The notes under the pieces were generated by a model. That model was not told the origin of the DNA and did not search any database. It was given only the letters and a program-made list of their open reading frames with translations. DNA of 63,839 nucleotides, counting the filler, from Hyphochytrium catenoides (taxonomy: Eukaryota > Protista > Hyphochytriomycota), in the NCBI GenBank assembly GCA_900088475.1. It is 5 parts of 5 records of this genome, joined end to end, with 100 filler letters (N's around TTAATTAATTAA, not from the genome) between each part and the next. Parts side by side here need not be neighbours in the genome. Positions count along the whole stretch, not along the records: positions 27,429 to 52,252 come from FLMG01002764.1; 4 more parts are not named here. The stretch is one strand, 5' to 3'. Shown here piece by piece: positions 36,301 through 48,900 of this stretch (positions are counted from its first letter, which is position 1; every line of letters starts with the position of its first letter). The position numbers and the translations under genes were made by a program.

Positions 36301-38611
36301 CCCTGAAATGGGTAAACGGGGAAGGAAGATGTGCCAAACGGTAAAGAACTCTTTCTCCTCTGGCGACTGGAGTCCTAAGAGAGTTGATCCACCGGGTTAT
36401 CTCTACACCAGGAAATGGCGAATCCTCTCCAGCACTTATGCTCTGGGGGTTTCCTTTCCCTTTTGGCTCATTCCTATACACATTGTCGCGCCGGGGCCCA
36501 ATAACTGTAGGAGAGAGATTTGAGGGTTGAGAGGAGAGGTTGTATCCACGACGTTCATTCTCGATACTGTTCTCTCGTCTTGTGGCATCACTCTATCTCT
36601 GTGGCTGCGCTCCAAAGTAGCTCTGGGTGGAATCGAAACCCAACAAACTTGCGTTCTGTCTCGTAGTCTCTTTATTTCTCTCTCTCACTTGATCCCTCTT
36701 CTATTCTTTCCCACTCCCCGTCTGCGGACATACCTAGAAATCCTCGCCGAAGAAGCCTTGTATATGGAAAGGTCGTGAACATCCAAGACATAAAGGGAGT
36801 AGAACGATTAGCATTTGGACGTCAAATCCGGTAGGCAACGCGGAAAGTGAACGCGCTGGGAATATTGGAATGACGGGTCGAAAAAAGGGATCTAAGGAAG
36901 CAACTGTCAGAAGAACGCATCAAAGCAACAACGCCTCGAACTCAAAGGGGAAGGCAAGAGAGCAAGAGTAACTTAATCTACGTTATGGAGATTTCTCTTT
37001 TTCTCTTATTACTCACTCGTCTCTCAAAGTCTCTCCCCACTCTGATCCTGCGGGTGAAGTCAACAGAGTCTTTCGACTTGGGCTGTCCACTTCTTCTATT
37101 ATTCCTTGCAATACCATCGCGGTCACCTCGACGTCTTCGGCCGACTGCTCAGCTTCAGCCTTTTTCTCCATCGCTGACATTTAATTAAGCAGGCAAGAAA
37201 CAGAATATTGCGGTCATTAGAAGGCAAGTCAAGGAGACGGTGAGAGAAGTAGAGCGAGAGACAGAAGAGACAGAAACGTCGCACAAGAGGAAAAGAGAGG
37301 AATAAGAACCTGATGGACGAAGCCCCTGGCTCTGCATGGTAAAGACAAAGATGAATGAAAATATAGAGCCAACGGCAACGAGAGTTATCAAGCAAAGAAG
37401 GAGGTAAGAGTAAGTCATATCTTCTATTGGGGAAAGGCGCGACCAGGGAGAGAGGGCACTATGACTCGCCAAGTGCTTTCAAGGCCATAGAGGTCTTCCT
37501 TTCACCTACACATCGGTAAACGGACCTTCAGTCCTCTGCCGCTGGAGCTCCTCAAGCAGGCTCTCGGCGATAATTCTCAATCGATGACGCTGGAGGTAGC
37601 TCTCCGAGAGCGGGGGAGCCTAAAAGTCCAATAAGAGAGTTAGGGCAACGAAAAGCGTGGACAGACTACGAGGGAGAGCCAAGCTGCGCTTCAGAGCAAT
37701 CAACAAGCTAAGTCCTTTCGCGAAATAGTCAAGAAGCAGAAAGATTAGGCTGCACGACAGCCGTGTAAGTTTCTAGGGTCCTTGTTGCCTGCTGCGGGGT
37801 CAGGGAGGGGAGGAAAGAAGAGGCAGAAGAGCCGACATTGGTAGAAGAGCGGACGGAGGAACATCTATAGAGCCACAAGCGAGAGAGACAAAGCGAGAGA
37901 CAGCGAGATGGAGAGAGAGACATATATCAACTAGGCAAAAGGAGGGAAGACGGAGGACGAGAGCGAAAGATCGAGGAGAAAAACACTTACGGCGAGGCTC
38001 GTGGCACCAAGAGCAAATACAAGCCCTCCGAAGAGCTTTGACCTCCATAGCTTTCTCTTCTGAGAATGAGGGACTAGGCACAATAGAGAGAGTGAAGCGA
38101 TACAGGCCATCAGCAGGCAGTGGTGGACGCAGTAGGGATGAGCTCTCAAAGAGCAGCGACTGGGACTCTCCAATATTTATCATTAATACCAAGCAGGAGA
38201 AGGGGAAGCAGGAAGAGAAAGCAAAGTGGAGGAATAAAGGAGGAGACCGAGAGCAACAAAGAGCGAGGGAGCCAAGACCAGAGACCGCATGGGGCCACAA
38301 GGTTACTAGGGTATGAAGAGAGAGCTTCTCGAACATTGTTCGTCCAAAGGAGCCAAGTAAGAGGAGGAACAGCAGGCAGGTGACGGCGGTACATCTAAAA
38401 GCCCTCTTCTACCGGGTGGTCATGCAAGGCGAGGGACAGGAATGCAAGTCCCCGAGATCTTACCGGCAGGCCTGGTCTCGGATGAGCTGAACTGCCTTGC
38501 TCTCTTCTTGCCGCCACCAACGGCCTTGCCAGTCGTCAGCTGTCCTCTCAGGCAGTGAGGAGGTCGATACAGTTTCCTCGCTGCTCTTGCAGCAGCTCCG
38601 GAGGACACCAT
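33346..38611 (-). CDS. Large multi-exon hypothetical protein, possibly mitochondrion-targeted
   Basis: Series of minus-strand exons bounded by GT/AG and CT-rich introns (e.g. 34210-34878, 35830-36080, 36285-36505). The N-terminus MVSSGAAARAARKLYRPPHCLRGQL...RARQFSS is Arg/Ala-rich and acid-free; the last exon ends ...RLSPHSP*. No family recognised. Confidence 0.55.
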
Positions 38612-38819
38612 GCCGCTCTTTGTCCAAGTGAGAAGCCTAGAGCGCAAATGAGTGTACTTGGCTTTGCACGGTGGTGATCAGGTGAATGCTGGAGGTTCGA
38701 GATGACGGGTGAGCACACCCAGACGGGGCATCAGTCATCAGGAGAGAACGCGCGCCCTAAACAAAAAAGCTAGCAAGAGTAAAAGCATTGAGTGCAAGCA
38801 AGATGATCGATGATAACAA

Positions 38820-38899
38820 AAGAGTCAGAGAGAGAGAGAGAGATGAGAGAGATGAGAGAGAGAGAGAGAGAAGAGAAGAGAGAGAAAAAGAGAGAGAGA

Positions 38900-38935
<36 letters not shown>
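38820..38935. repeat. (GA)n microsatellite between divergent genes
   Basis: Direct inspection. Confidence 0.9.
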
Positions 38936-38938
<3 letters not shown>

Positions 38939-39556
38939 ATTGGCGAAAGCTGCTGGAGCTGCCCAAGCATCAGAAGCAATAACTCCAGAGCGGTTAATGA
39001 TCAGGTTTTCTTCAACAATAACGCAATCCGGAAGAGGACTATTATCAGATTGATTAGTAGTCGTTAACGTCAAGGTTCATGGAAAGGAAGAGCTTCGACA
39101 TGGGTAAGGCACCAAGACAGAGAAGGCGGGAGATACAGAAGGAAAGAAAGAGAGCGAGACAGAGCCAGAATCATGTCGAGGAGATGAACGTAAGAGATCT
39201 CGAGAGTAACGAGACAGAGCAACTGTAAGATCCCAGCTAGGGAAGGAGTTGTACAGAGATCATCGAGTTCCTGAAAGGAAAAAGCCGTGACCCTCAGAGA
39301 CGTGCCATGAGCTGCAGATGGATCTTATCCTGGGCAGCACGAGTAGATTAGACAAGAGCGCTGCGGCCCTTGGCGCAAGGAAGAGAGCTGACAGAGATTG
39401 TAGCAGAGAAGTTTCATTGGAGAGGAGGAGAGGGGTATAGGAGGAGACGGGATATGAGACAAGACTGGCGCAAACTGGGCTTCTAGTAGTGGAGGCCTTC
39501 ATAAAGTTGTAGAGAACGGCAGCTCTGAACAGCGAAGACCGGGAGAGAGAAGGGTG

Positions 39557-40581
39557 ATGGATAGTCTACCTCGTAAGCAGACTGCTGTGGGTACAGCTGG
39601 AGACATCGGCGCTTCTTATGCGGTGATAGAGAAGAACTGGCACTGCTCAGAGTGCAAGGCTGAGAACTATCCCAGGCGTATGAGATGCTTCCGGTGCAAG
39701 ACACCTAAACCAGATAATGCGGGAGAGATTATCCTGCCAGAAGGAGCAAGTGCGTTGAACTCTGCTCGTTAGTCTTTCTTTTTCTCTCTGTGTGTCTATC
39801 TCTCTGTCTCCCTCCCACCTGTCCCCTCGTTCTCTCTTTCTTTCTCTTTCTCTCTCTCTCTCTTTCTCTCTCTGTCTCTGCCCTTCCCTCTTACTTCAAA
39901 ATCTTGTTGTCAATTCTCGTTCCCTCTAGCCCAGGTACACCACTCTTGGTGTCTCTCTAGAGTCTCTCGCACGCTTGATGAGCTTCTTTGCTTTCTACGC
40001 TTTACTGCTAAGACTCTTTCCTGCTAATGTTGGCTGTGTATCCTCTCGCTCGCACAATCAGGGGACACACCGTGGCGAGAGGCCATCGACCCAGAGAGCC
40101 AGCATCTCTACTATTATAATACCATTACCATGGAAACTAGCTGGGAAAGACCTGAGGAAATGGGTCCTGCACCGCTGAGTAAGTTCATCGTAACTTCTCG
40201 CTCTTCTCTTGTCCTGGTTGACCAGTGACATCAATACCCGTTTCTATAGAGTTCGTGTTGACAGTATCTTCTTCCATCGTTACTCTCTTCGCTCACCAGC
40301 TTTACTGTCTCTTTCGCGTTGCCCTAGGTACCGGCTGGTTTGGCCGAGGGACGACAAGGGGCAAGACGACCGTACAGCTGGAAGAAGAACGGAAGAAGTA
40401 TCTCAACAGACCGGCAAGGAAGCAGCAAGAGAACTTAGCTATAAAAAACACAGCCTACACAGAGGGAGCGAATGAGTACAATATCTGGTCAGTTTCTGCT
40501 GGACTTCTTCCTGTCTCCCTTCTCTCTCGCTAACCTCTTTCTCTTTCTCTCTTCGCTCTCTTCTTTCCCTCTCTCTCTGTG

Positions 40582-40612
<31 letters not shown>

Positions 40613-42577
40613 GTCTGTCTGTCTGTCTGTCGTCTCTGTTGCGTTTCTCTGTGCCTGCGCTTCATTTGTACTTTCAATTGAACGTAATTCTTACTCCTCC
40701 CAACCTGTATCTGTCTCTTCTCTAACTGTTTGATCCCGTGTAGGTATGGCCGCTATGTAGGCGAACATTGGTCAAACTCCATTGGCAAGGATCCAGCAGA
40801 GACTCGCTGTGATATAGATAGGGACTCAGGCCTCACCAGGGCCGACAAAATGGACAAAAGAGAGAGATACTTCTGCATACATTTTGCCCGAGGATGTTGC
40901 TCCAAGGGCAAGGAGTGCACATATTACCATAGACTGCCACTAAGGTTTGGTCTCCTTCTCTTCCCTACGATTTGATGAGTTAGGCCATCTAAGATGGGCT
41001 GGTGGCGCCAGTTCCTTTGCTCTTAGGCCTGGCCAGAGCGCTAAATTCTCCTCTCTACTTTGTCTTCTTTTTGCTCTCTTGTTGCCAGCTTCTTGCTACG
41101 TTTCGTCACCTTCTCGACATCGAACTGCCTTATACTTTCACTCTTTCTTCTTCGAGAAAGAGTTCGAGCAAAGACAACATTACCTAGCCATCTGCGCTGC
41201 TGCTGCGGCTCTGTACCCGTAATGCTCTAGGATCCATTCTGGGTTCTGCATATATTCTTGCTGCATCTCAACCTTCCTCTGCAGTCTCGATGCCTTCCTG
41301 GAGGGCTCTCACCTTTCATACTTGATCTATACTTGACCTTTGGTGCCTTTCCAGGGATGACGATGCCAATTTGGACTCCCTTCACGATGTGTTTGGCAGA
41401 GCTCGACATCGAGACCACAGAGATGATATGGGCGGAGTAGGCAGCTTCATTTCTGATGCGCGGACGCTTTATATCGGGGGACTGAAGGTGAGAGACAGAA
41501 ACAGTGAATCAAACAGTCTTTCTGATGAGAGAAGGGTCCTTCCGAGCTCCTCTCTTACAACCTCTTTTTTCCTTAATGGTTCTTCTCTCACTGCCAGACT
41601 CTTGGCCGACTCTTTCTCTCCGTGGACAGCGGATTCTTAAGTGCTCCTTTTAGCCTTTACTCCCTCCCTAGATCTTTCACTCTCTCTTGCAAAAGTCTAC
41701 TTCTCACTCCTCGGTTCGATCTTTGAAACGCTTCTATCTGTCTTCCCTTTGCTCCAGAATGTCCAAAAAGATCCAGCAGGACTTGAGGATAAGCTCTGGG
41801 AGCAGTTTGGCGAATGGGGCGAGGTGGAGAACATCAACGTGATACACAGGCTTTCAATATGTTTCGTGCGCTATCGCTTCAGAGTTAATGCAGAGTTTGC
41901 AAGAGAGGCAATGGCCAACCAAAGTTTGGGAGACGGTGAGATTTTGAACGTGCGCTGGGCTTATGACGATCCAAATCCCGTGGCCAAGGAGGCCAAGGAG
42001 AGAGCTAACTATGATGCAGTTATTTCTATGCTGGAGGTGAGTAAGGGGAAGAAGGTTAAGAGAGAAAGGCAGGATAGGGGAGCTTCACTATGCTTCTTAG
42101 GTCATTCTGCCTCGTTGCCTCTATCTTTGCCACTCTCTGAATTTAAACCTGCTTGGTCTCTGCCATCTAGCCGTCCATCTCTCGCCAACCATGGACTGTG
42201 CTTCACGTCGCCCTTTGCTACATCTCTATTAAAACCCGACTGCCAACTCTCGCATCTACGATTGGCAACCCTTGCGTTGGCAAGATTCTTGCTCTCCCTG
42301 TACTCGCATCTCTGCACTTACTTCACGCTCTGAAAGCTTCGACGTCCCTTTTCCTCGACAGGCGAAAGGAGTGTCTACCAATGAACAAGACTACGATCTC
42401 CTGGCCCCCTTAACCAAAAAACAGCGTTTGCTAGAGGGCTTCGCAGCCACTGTACCTGAGGAGGGGGAAGAGGGTGTGCCTGCGGGGAGAGATGACACTG
42501 CACCTCCGGGCGTAGATGTAGTGGGGAGTTCAGCCCAGTCAGAGGGAACGGCAGAGACTACAATCAGCTCTAAGTAA
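39557..42577 (+). CDS. CWC2: Pre-mRNA splicing factor Cwc2 with N-terminal RanBP2-type zinc finger and WW domain
   Basis: WHCSECKAENYPRRMRCFRC (RanBP2 ZnF); PWREAIDPESQHLYYYNTITMETSWERP (WW); Cwc2 motifs RPARKQ, EYNIW/YGRY, TRCDIDRDSGLTRAD, FCIHFARGCCSKGKECTYYHRLP, DVFGRARHRDHRDDMGGVGSF; RRM ending NVRWAYDDPNP. A possible extra 5' exon starts at 39079. Confidence 0.93.
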
Positions 42578-43084
42578 AAAGCTCTCTGTCCTCCGTGGGG
42601 TCTTCTCTTGGTATTGAGCACGTGGAGCTTTCCTCCTTCGTGTCTTCTGGGCTCTCATCGTCCGTTAGCATGCCTTGGGCACCATCTCTTAGTTGCCCCT
42701 CTACCTGCCTAGTCTTCCGTTCCTCGTAGACCAGCTCGCAAGCTCTCCTGGGTCGCTAGGCCTCTCTCCTGCTGGTCAAACGCCCTAGAGCTGGCTCCAC
42801 AGCGCTGGAGAGGCTGAGCTGAGATTGTAGTGTTTGGCACTGTTCTTTCTATGGAAAAAGCGACATTTCTAGGGTTTGAGGTTGTTAGCTGTTTTCAACG
42901 ATGCTATGTATGTGTTTATGACAATAGAAATAGAGAGAATGTCCTATTAACATTGTATGAGGCGAGAAGAAATGCGATGATAGTCGGAAGTCACCCGTTT
43001 TGCTAGCCGTTAATCGCTCTTTTGGGCTGTTCTGATGTGCGATCACAGGCACTCAATGCGTTTCCTGAGCAATCAATGTGGTTC

Positions 43085-43260
43085 TTCTCTCTCTCTCTCT
43101 CTCTCTCTCTCCCTCTCTCTCTCTCTCTCGCTGTCTCTCTCTCTCTCCTCTCTCTCTCGCTGTCTCTCTCTCTCTCGCTGTCTCTCTCTCTCACTGTCTC
43201 TCTCTCCTCTCTCTCTCTCTCTTGCTTCTCTGTCTCTCTCTGTCTCTCTCCTTCCCTCTG
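43085..43260. repeat. (CT)n microsatellite upstream of the 43578 gene
   Basis: Direct inspection. Confidence 0.9.
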
Positions 43261-43577
43261 TGTTCTGGCTTGATGTCTCTTTCATCTTTCTCTCCTCCTA
43301 TTGGTGTCACTTTGTCTTACTCCTCCTTCACCTCGTCGCACTTTTGCCTCTATCGCGGACTAGTTCTTCGCTGGGTCCTCTTCTCTCTTCTCCCGCCACC
43401 TTCCATTGGTAGAGTGCCAGTGTAACGAGTAGCAGGAACATCAGCGTTCGTTCAAGGTCAGCAGCCTCCCGTAGGGCTTGTCCGAGAAGGCTAAGAGAGC
43501 TTCCCTAACAGCGGCGACGAGCCAGAGTCATCAAGGGTCAACAGTAAGAGGTGGAAAGGTGAAGGCTTCTGAGAACC

Positions 43578-45681
43578 ATGGCGAACAACAACTCTATGAG
43601 TGAGGATGAGTTCTTGGAGCAAGACAGAGCGCAGAACCCAGGTGTGCCACCTCCACCTCTCAAGCTTCGTGCATGCTCTTGGTCTTATCATGTTAAACCT
43701 ATCACTCTCTCCGTCTCTCTCTTCTCATGTTACCGGCTGCCTGCGCACACCTGTTCACTTCTCTCTGACCATGTCTTTGGACGTTAGGATGCTTCTATTC
43801 CAAGGCTTTATCCACCTCGTTCAGGTCTATCAACGGAGAGACAAAGAGTGAGGTCATAAAGAGGATTATCAGAAGCTGTCCTGGCAGAGACCCTGTAGGT
43901 CTTGCATGTCCCTGGACGGCTTTCCTTAGATCTTGATCTTCATGGCTCTATACTGTGCCATACCTGGTCTGTCCCTTGTGTCGTCCTTAAAGCTTTTCTG
44001 CTACGCCTGGTCCCTAGGCTATGTCTATCGCTTTCCTCTTCTGTTAGTCCATCTAAAAGCTTCAAGGTGATCTGACGGTTGTGAACTTCCCGCTATCCTG
44101 CAGGAGGAAATATACTCGACGAAAGAAGAGTTACAGGGTCATGAAGCCCAGAAGATAGTGCCAGAACCTTTCATGGGGTACGTTCCTGCACTCTCAACTC
44201 ACTCTCTCAACTACTGCATACCTTTTCTTGGGTTGGCCGCAGTGTTCACTGATGGCCTATGTGTTCCCTGTCTCTCTCTGTCTCCAACCTGTCCTCGCAT
44301 CTTATCGAACTGCTTTTAATATAAACTGGATTGGCAATAGGTCTTTTAGGGGATCTTGTTCATTCTGGCTTTCTCTGTCGTTCTTTGCTCTCGGGCATTG
44401 CTTGCTCGCTGTTGTCCTTTGCTTTCTTCATGAGAGTTCTTATCACTTGCCATCCCAGTCCTATCCTCTGCCAACATCTAGGGCTAACGCTTCTCATCAC
44501 TGAATTGTCTGCCCCTATACTTATACTGCCCTGCCTTTCCTCTTTTCTCGTCATGGGATACGCCTAGCGTGCTAAACGTCCCTACAATTTTGGATGAAGT
44601 TATTCCTGGCCTGCAGGATGGGCTTCGGGGCCTGTTCGATGTAAGGGCATTAGTGCAACCACATTTGCGGAGTTCTCTTCCGCTTCCTCTTTTTCTCTCT
44701 TTGCTCTCTGGCCAGCCGATGCCATAACTTTTGGGGTCTCACCCGCAATCAAATCCAGTCGGACATTGCTGTTGCTTAGGTGTGTTCTGATTTGCTTTAT
44801 ACACTCTAAGTATTACTGCTGCAGGGCCTTCCCGGTGCTTTTGGCGGAGGGGAGGACGACCCATCTTTTGTCTTCAGAGGGTTTGGAGACGGATTTAAAG
44901 GCTTTGCAGACTTCTTCAGTGGTACGATTCTTTTGTTAACCCCCTTTCTCCTTGGTTTGTGCTGTTCTCTCTTCATCCTTTTGGCGCTTATGCAGTAGGA
45001 AATCGAGCTATAGCTTGTCTGTATAGCTCCTGGTTTGCCACGTTAGTTCACACTCTATGACTTCTCATGATCTGTTATTTTAATGCCGCAACACTCTTGG
45101 ACTGCCTCCAGGTCCTCCTCCAGAGACCAAACAGCCTGGACCTGGAGAGAGCTATCCCGCTCCTCACAGGGTTGACAGAGAGACTAGACAGGGACAACCC
45201 AATGAGGGGCACACAGAAGGTGACGTCAAGCCCCTCGATGATCCTTTCTTGTCTTCAACCCAAGTTCTATCATCTGTACTCTACTTCGCTTAACTCTAAC
45301 CATTCCAGCCATGTCCACTATTACGTTCTGCTTCTTACATCCAGCGTTTTCAATGGATTAAGGGGTAGCTATGGCTCAAAGCATTACTTCCTTTTTTTCC
45401 TAGTATATTGCTAACAAAGTCCGATGTCATTTTAGCGCCGAGAGGATGGAAAGTGCCCTTCTTTGCGAGGTCGAGGAGGCATGAGGAGTCTCCTTCAGAG
45501 TTCGAAGATCTCGACAGATATCGAGTAAGACTGTGTAACCTTATATACACTGCTGATTGGTCTCCCTGACTGTCTCCATCCTTTTGACCTAGAAACTCCA
45601 GACATAATCTTGACTAAGAACGCTTTTTGTCTCTCTTTTGATATTGATCTCCCTCTTCAGGGCCCAGTGGACAAGATCTAG
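43578..45681 (+). CDS. Small multi-exon protein, weakly resembling plant Fra a 1/Mal d 1-associated proteins
   Basis: In-frame splicing gives MANNNSMSEDEFLEQDRAQNP/GCFYSKALSTSFRSINGETKSEVIKRIIRSCPGRDP/EEIYSTKEE.../GLPGAFGGGEDDPSFVFRGFGDGFKGFADFFS/.../GPVDKI*. The gene is well supported; the family assignment is tentative. Confidence 0.65.
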
Positions 45682-45981
45682 CTCCATTGAGGCGGATCAG
45701 CTCCCAAGAGAGGGCCTATGGGACCTCTCTCTCTTGGCACCTCTAGCCATCATCCTTCACTAAGTAGAATATGACCTTGTCTCAGCCACTTTCTTTCCTT
45801 TATTTCATGGCGTACTCATATGTTTATTGTTAGCACAACCTATTGGGCTGGAAGTCGTCTACCTGACGACTTTCCATGATCGTCCAATCTTGCTCTCTCT
45901 TATCTCGTCCCCTCCACCCCTCTTAACCATCATCTACAAGCAATAAACGCTCCAGCTATTTCAGCTTTATCTCTTCTTCCT

Positions 45982-48900
45982 CTAGTTTTGCTGCAAGATG
46001 CATCTGAAGCGCTTAACAATCTTGCACTGTACCTGCGCGTCAAAGACGGCGTCGGTGCTTAAAGTGGGAGCGATGTAAATGTCAGAAAGGGTGCTGCCTA
46101 GGCAAGAGAAGTGCGCTTTAACCGGCAGGTTAGAGGAGGAAGAGGAAGACGACGATACAGAGAGCGAGGACGAGGACGGCTCTTCCCTATCCGGCTGTTG
46201 CCCTCCTTCTGAAGATGGAAGAAGAGAGAGAGAGCTTGACAGAGTGGTTCTGGATCCTGGTGACAGCTTGTCCAGCTTCCATGTCAGCTGCCGCGTTACC
46301 TTGTCGAAGGTTGGGCGAGAGGAAGCAGCAGGAGTGAGAGTAGCTTCTCCCTCCTCCTTCTCATTGACAAAAGGGGAAGCTTCATTCACTTGCCGAGAAC
46401 CTAACGGCAGCTTCGCCTGATGTCCAAGATAATATGAGCGAGGTTGAACTATTAACAAGAACGGAGACTCCCAGGCACAATGAACAGAGCTAATGTGGCA
46501 GTCAAAATAACTGGAAGTTAGGGATGTGAAAAGTAGATAAGCAAATGGTAAAATGAGACTATGTGGACAGCCAGAATGTAAATGGAAGGACAACGCAGAG
46601 GAAGTCTTCGGTCAGTTAGGTAGCGCTGACTGACCGCAAGTGAGATAGACGTGAGATTTTCCTCGCAGTTGGGGTTGACATGCACCTGATTTAAAAGAAG
46701 GGTCAAAACAGCTGCAAATGCATAGGAGAGCAATTTCCTAAGATGGAAGTGATTCTAGCTGTGAGAAGTATGGAAAGATCGAGCCAGACCATGGAAGGGA
46801 CGATTGTAGAGGTCATAAGATTTGTTAGCTGATGGAAGATCTCGCGATTCAAAGCTTGGATATGGGAAATAAGCCAAGCAGCACCTCAAGAACAAGCCAA
46901 AAGGAACAACCATAACAGGGACATCGTGTCCTTAGACGGTGTAGCCTGGTCTGTCCCAAGGCAACGAGGGCTTAAAGGATAGATGGGAGAGAAAAGGAGA
47001 ATGCAGAAGATGAGTTGTCCGTCCCCGTGGAGGGGACAGAGAAGCGGAGAGGTTGGACGCCCTATCTTATACCTGCAAGGTGACTTTGAGCACATCGTTA
47101 TGCAGAATGCTCTTGCTTCTGATATTCATAGGAAGCATAGGTTTGTAGTCCTCATACAGGTGATAACGGAGTAGAGGAGATGCCGGAGAGTCCATGGGAA
47201 GGGACGCTAGAAAGCGATGATCCTTTTGAAAAGACGACAGGATAGACAAGGCCGCTACTCTCCCTTCTAGTGACTCCTCTGCTTGTTCTGGAGATGACGT
47301 AGATGACAAGAACCTTTTTACCGACTTTTTGTTCTCCTGTAGGTCACTGACGGCACCCGACCCGCTGCCGACGGTGAACTCTATTGGAACCTCTCTAGGG
47401 GCAGCTTAGCCAGTAAGAGGTACAAGCAAGAGTGTGACCAAATAGCAGGGGAGTTAGTCCTAGGACAAAGAAGGACGGATATTCTCCTCTGCCTCGGACT
47501 ACCGGTTGGTCTCAATGACCTAGGGGCGCTCTCTTTCTGCTTCTTACTGCTGACCGCTTGCTCAAGCCTTTCTTTCTTGTTATTAACCTTCTTGTCCTCC
47601 CCTCGGTTCCGTCTGTCCTTACCCCATTTCTTCTCTACTGTCTGACAATGGCCCCTGGTATTTTACATACCTGGATCTAGTTTTCCGCGGAAGTGTACCG
47701 AAGAGGAGATGACGCCCGTCACACTCAGCACTTGGGGTGAAGCAGATGTCTTAGAGAAGAGACAGTGCAAATCTTCTCCCACGAAAAAGGTGACGTAGAG
47801 CTTGTTCGACCGACTTAGCGGAGGAACAAGAGAGAGAGATGTCATGCTCTCGTCCTAGTGAGAGCAAACTTAATAGAGGGCTAGAGTAGGAATGGAGTCG
47901 AAGAGATCATGCAGTAAGAGGTGATCTTAGAATTGTTAACACTCCACAAGCGATTCCCACTAAAGAGAGAGTCGCTACGACGAACCCATGAAGAGCAGAG
48001 ATACTTGCATCTGCGCGTGGNNNNNNNNNNNNNNNNNNNNNNNNNNNNNNNNNNNNNNNNNNNNNNNNNNNNNNNNNNNNGAGACTCAATTGTTGTCTCC
48101 AATGCTTCCTGTCTTTCGCTGACCTTCAACGCGGGTTCATTTGGTACTGAATATGAGCAGTGACCAAGCAAGATAGTTTAGGAGACGTGGTTCGTACGCA
48201 ACGGAAAGACCCAAGGAATTGCTTCCCAAGAATAACAAGACGGAGAAGCTTGGTGGATTCTAAAGCTGACAAGCAGGACATAACGTTGAGAAGCATAGGG
48301 TGAGAGCTGATACGAGGGACGTAGGGCAAGCAGCTGAGAGGAGAGGATGCATGACGACACTGCCAATAAAAACATTGTGTGAAAGGGGAAATGAATCAAC
48401 TCTAATCGTTTTGGGGCCTTGTTAGACGCTGTAGCGCTGCAGAATGCGCTTTCGGCGTCAGTCGTTACGGATTGTACCTGCTGATTCGGAGGAATTACGG
48501 GGTGAGAGCGCACTTTCCAGATTGAAGACTTTGCTGTCCAAGAGCGCGTTCTTCCCTCTCGGGCTCAGCAGCTCAAAGGTCGGCCATGTTACGTCAAACG
48601 CCTGGTTGCCTTGCGCTTTCGCCTTCTTCTCGTCTGTCCCATATGCTCCTTCTGTGGTTTCCACTTTAGAATTTGCAAAGGGCGTGTCGGCACGTGTGAC
48701 TGAGTCATCCGGCCGTTCCACAGCTTTCTCATCCTCTTTGTTTAGGGAGCTCGAGGAACAAGCAGCGAGAGATAAGCTGGCAACCATTGCTTGCTGTCTG
48801 GTATACGGGCTACAAAACTGGGTATCAGAGAGCAAAGAATGACATACAGCATCGGAGTGCTAGACTTACCTTCCCAAATCTGATGCGTCTCCAAAGGCAG

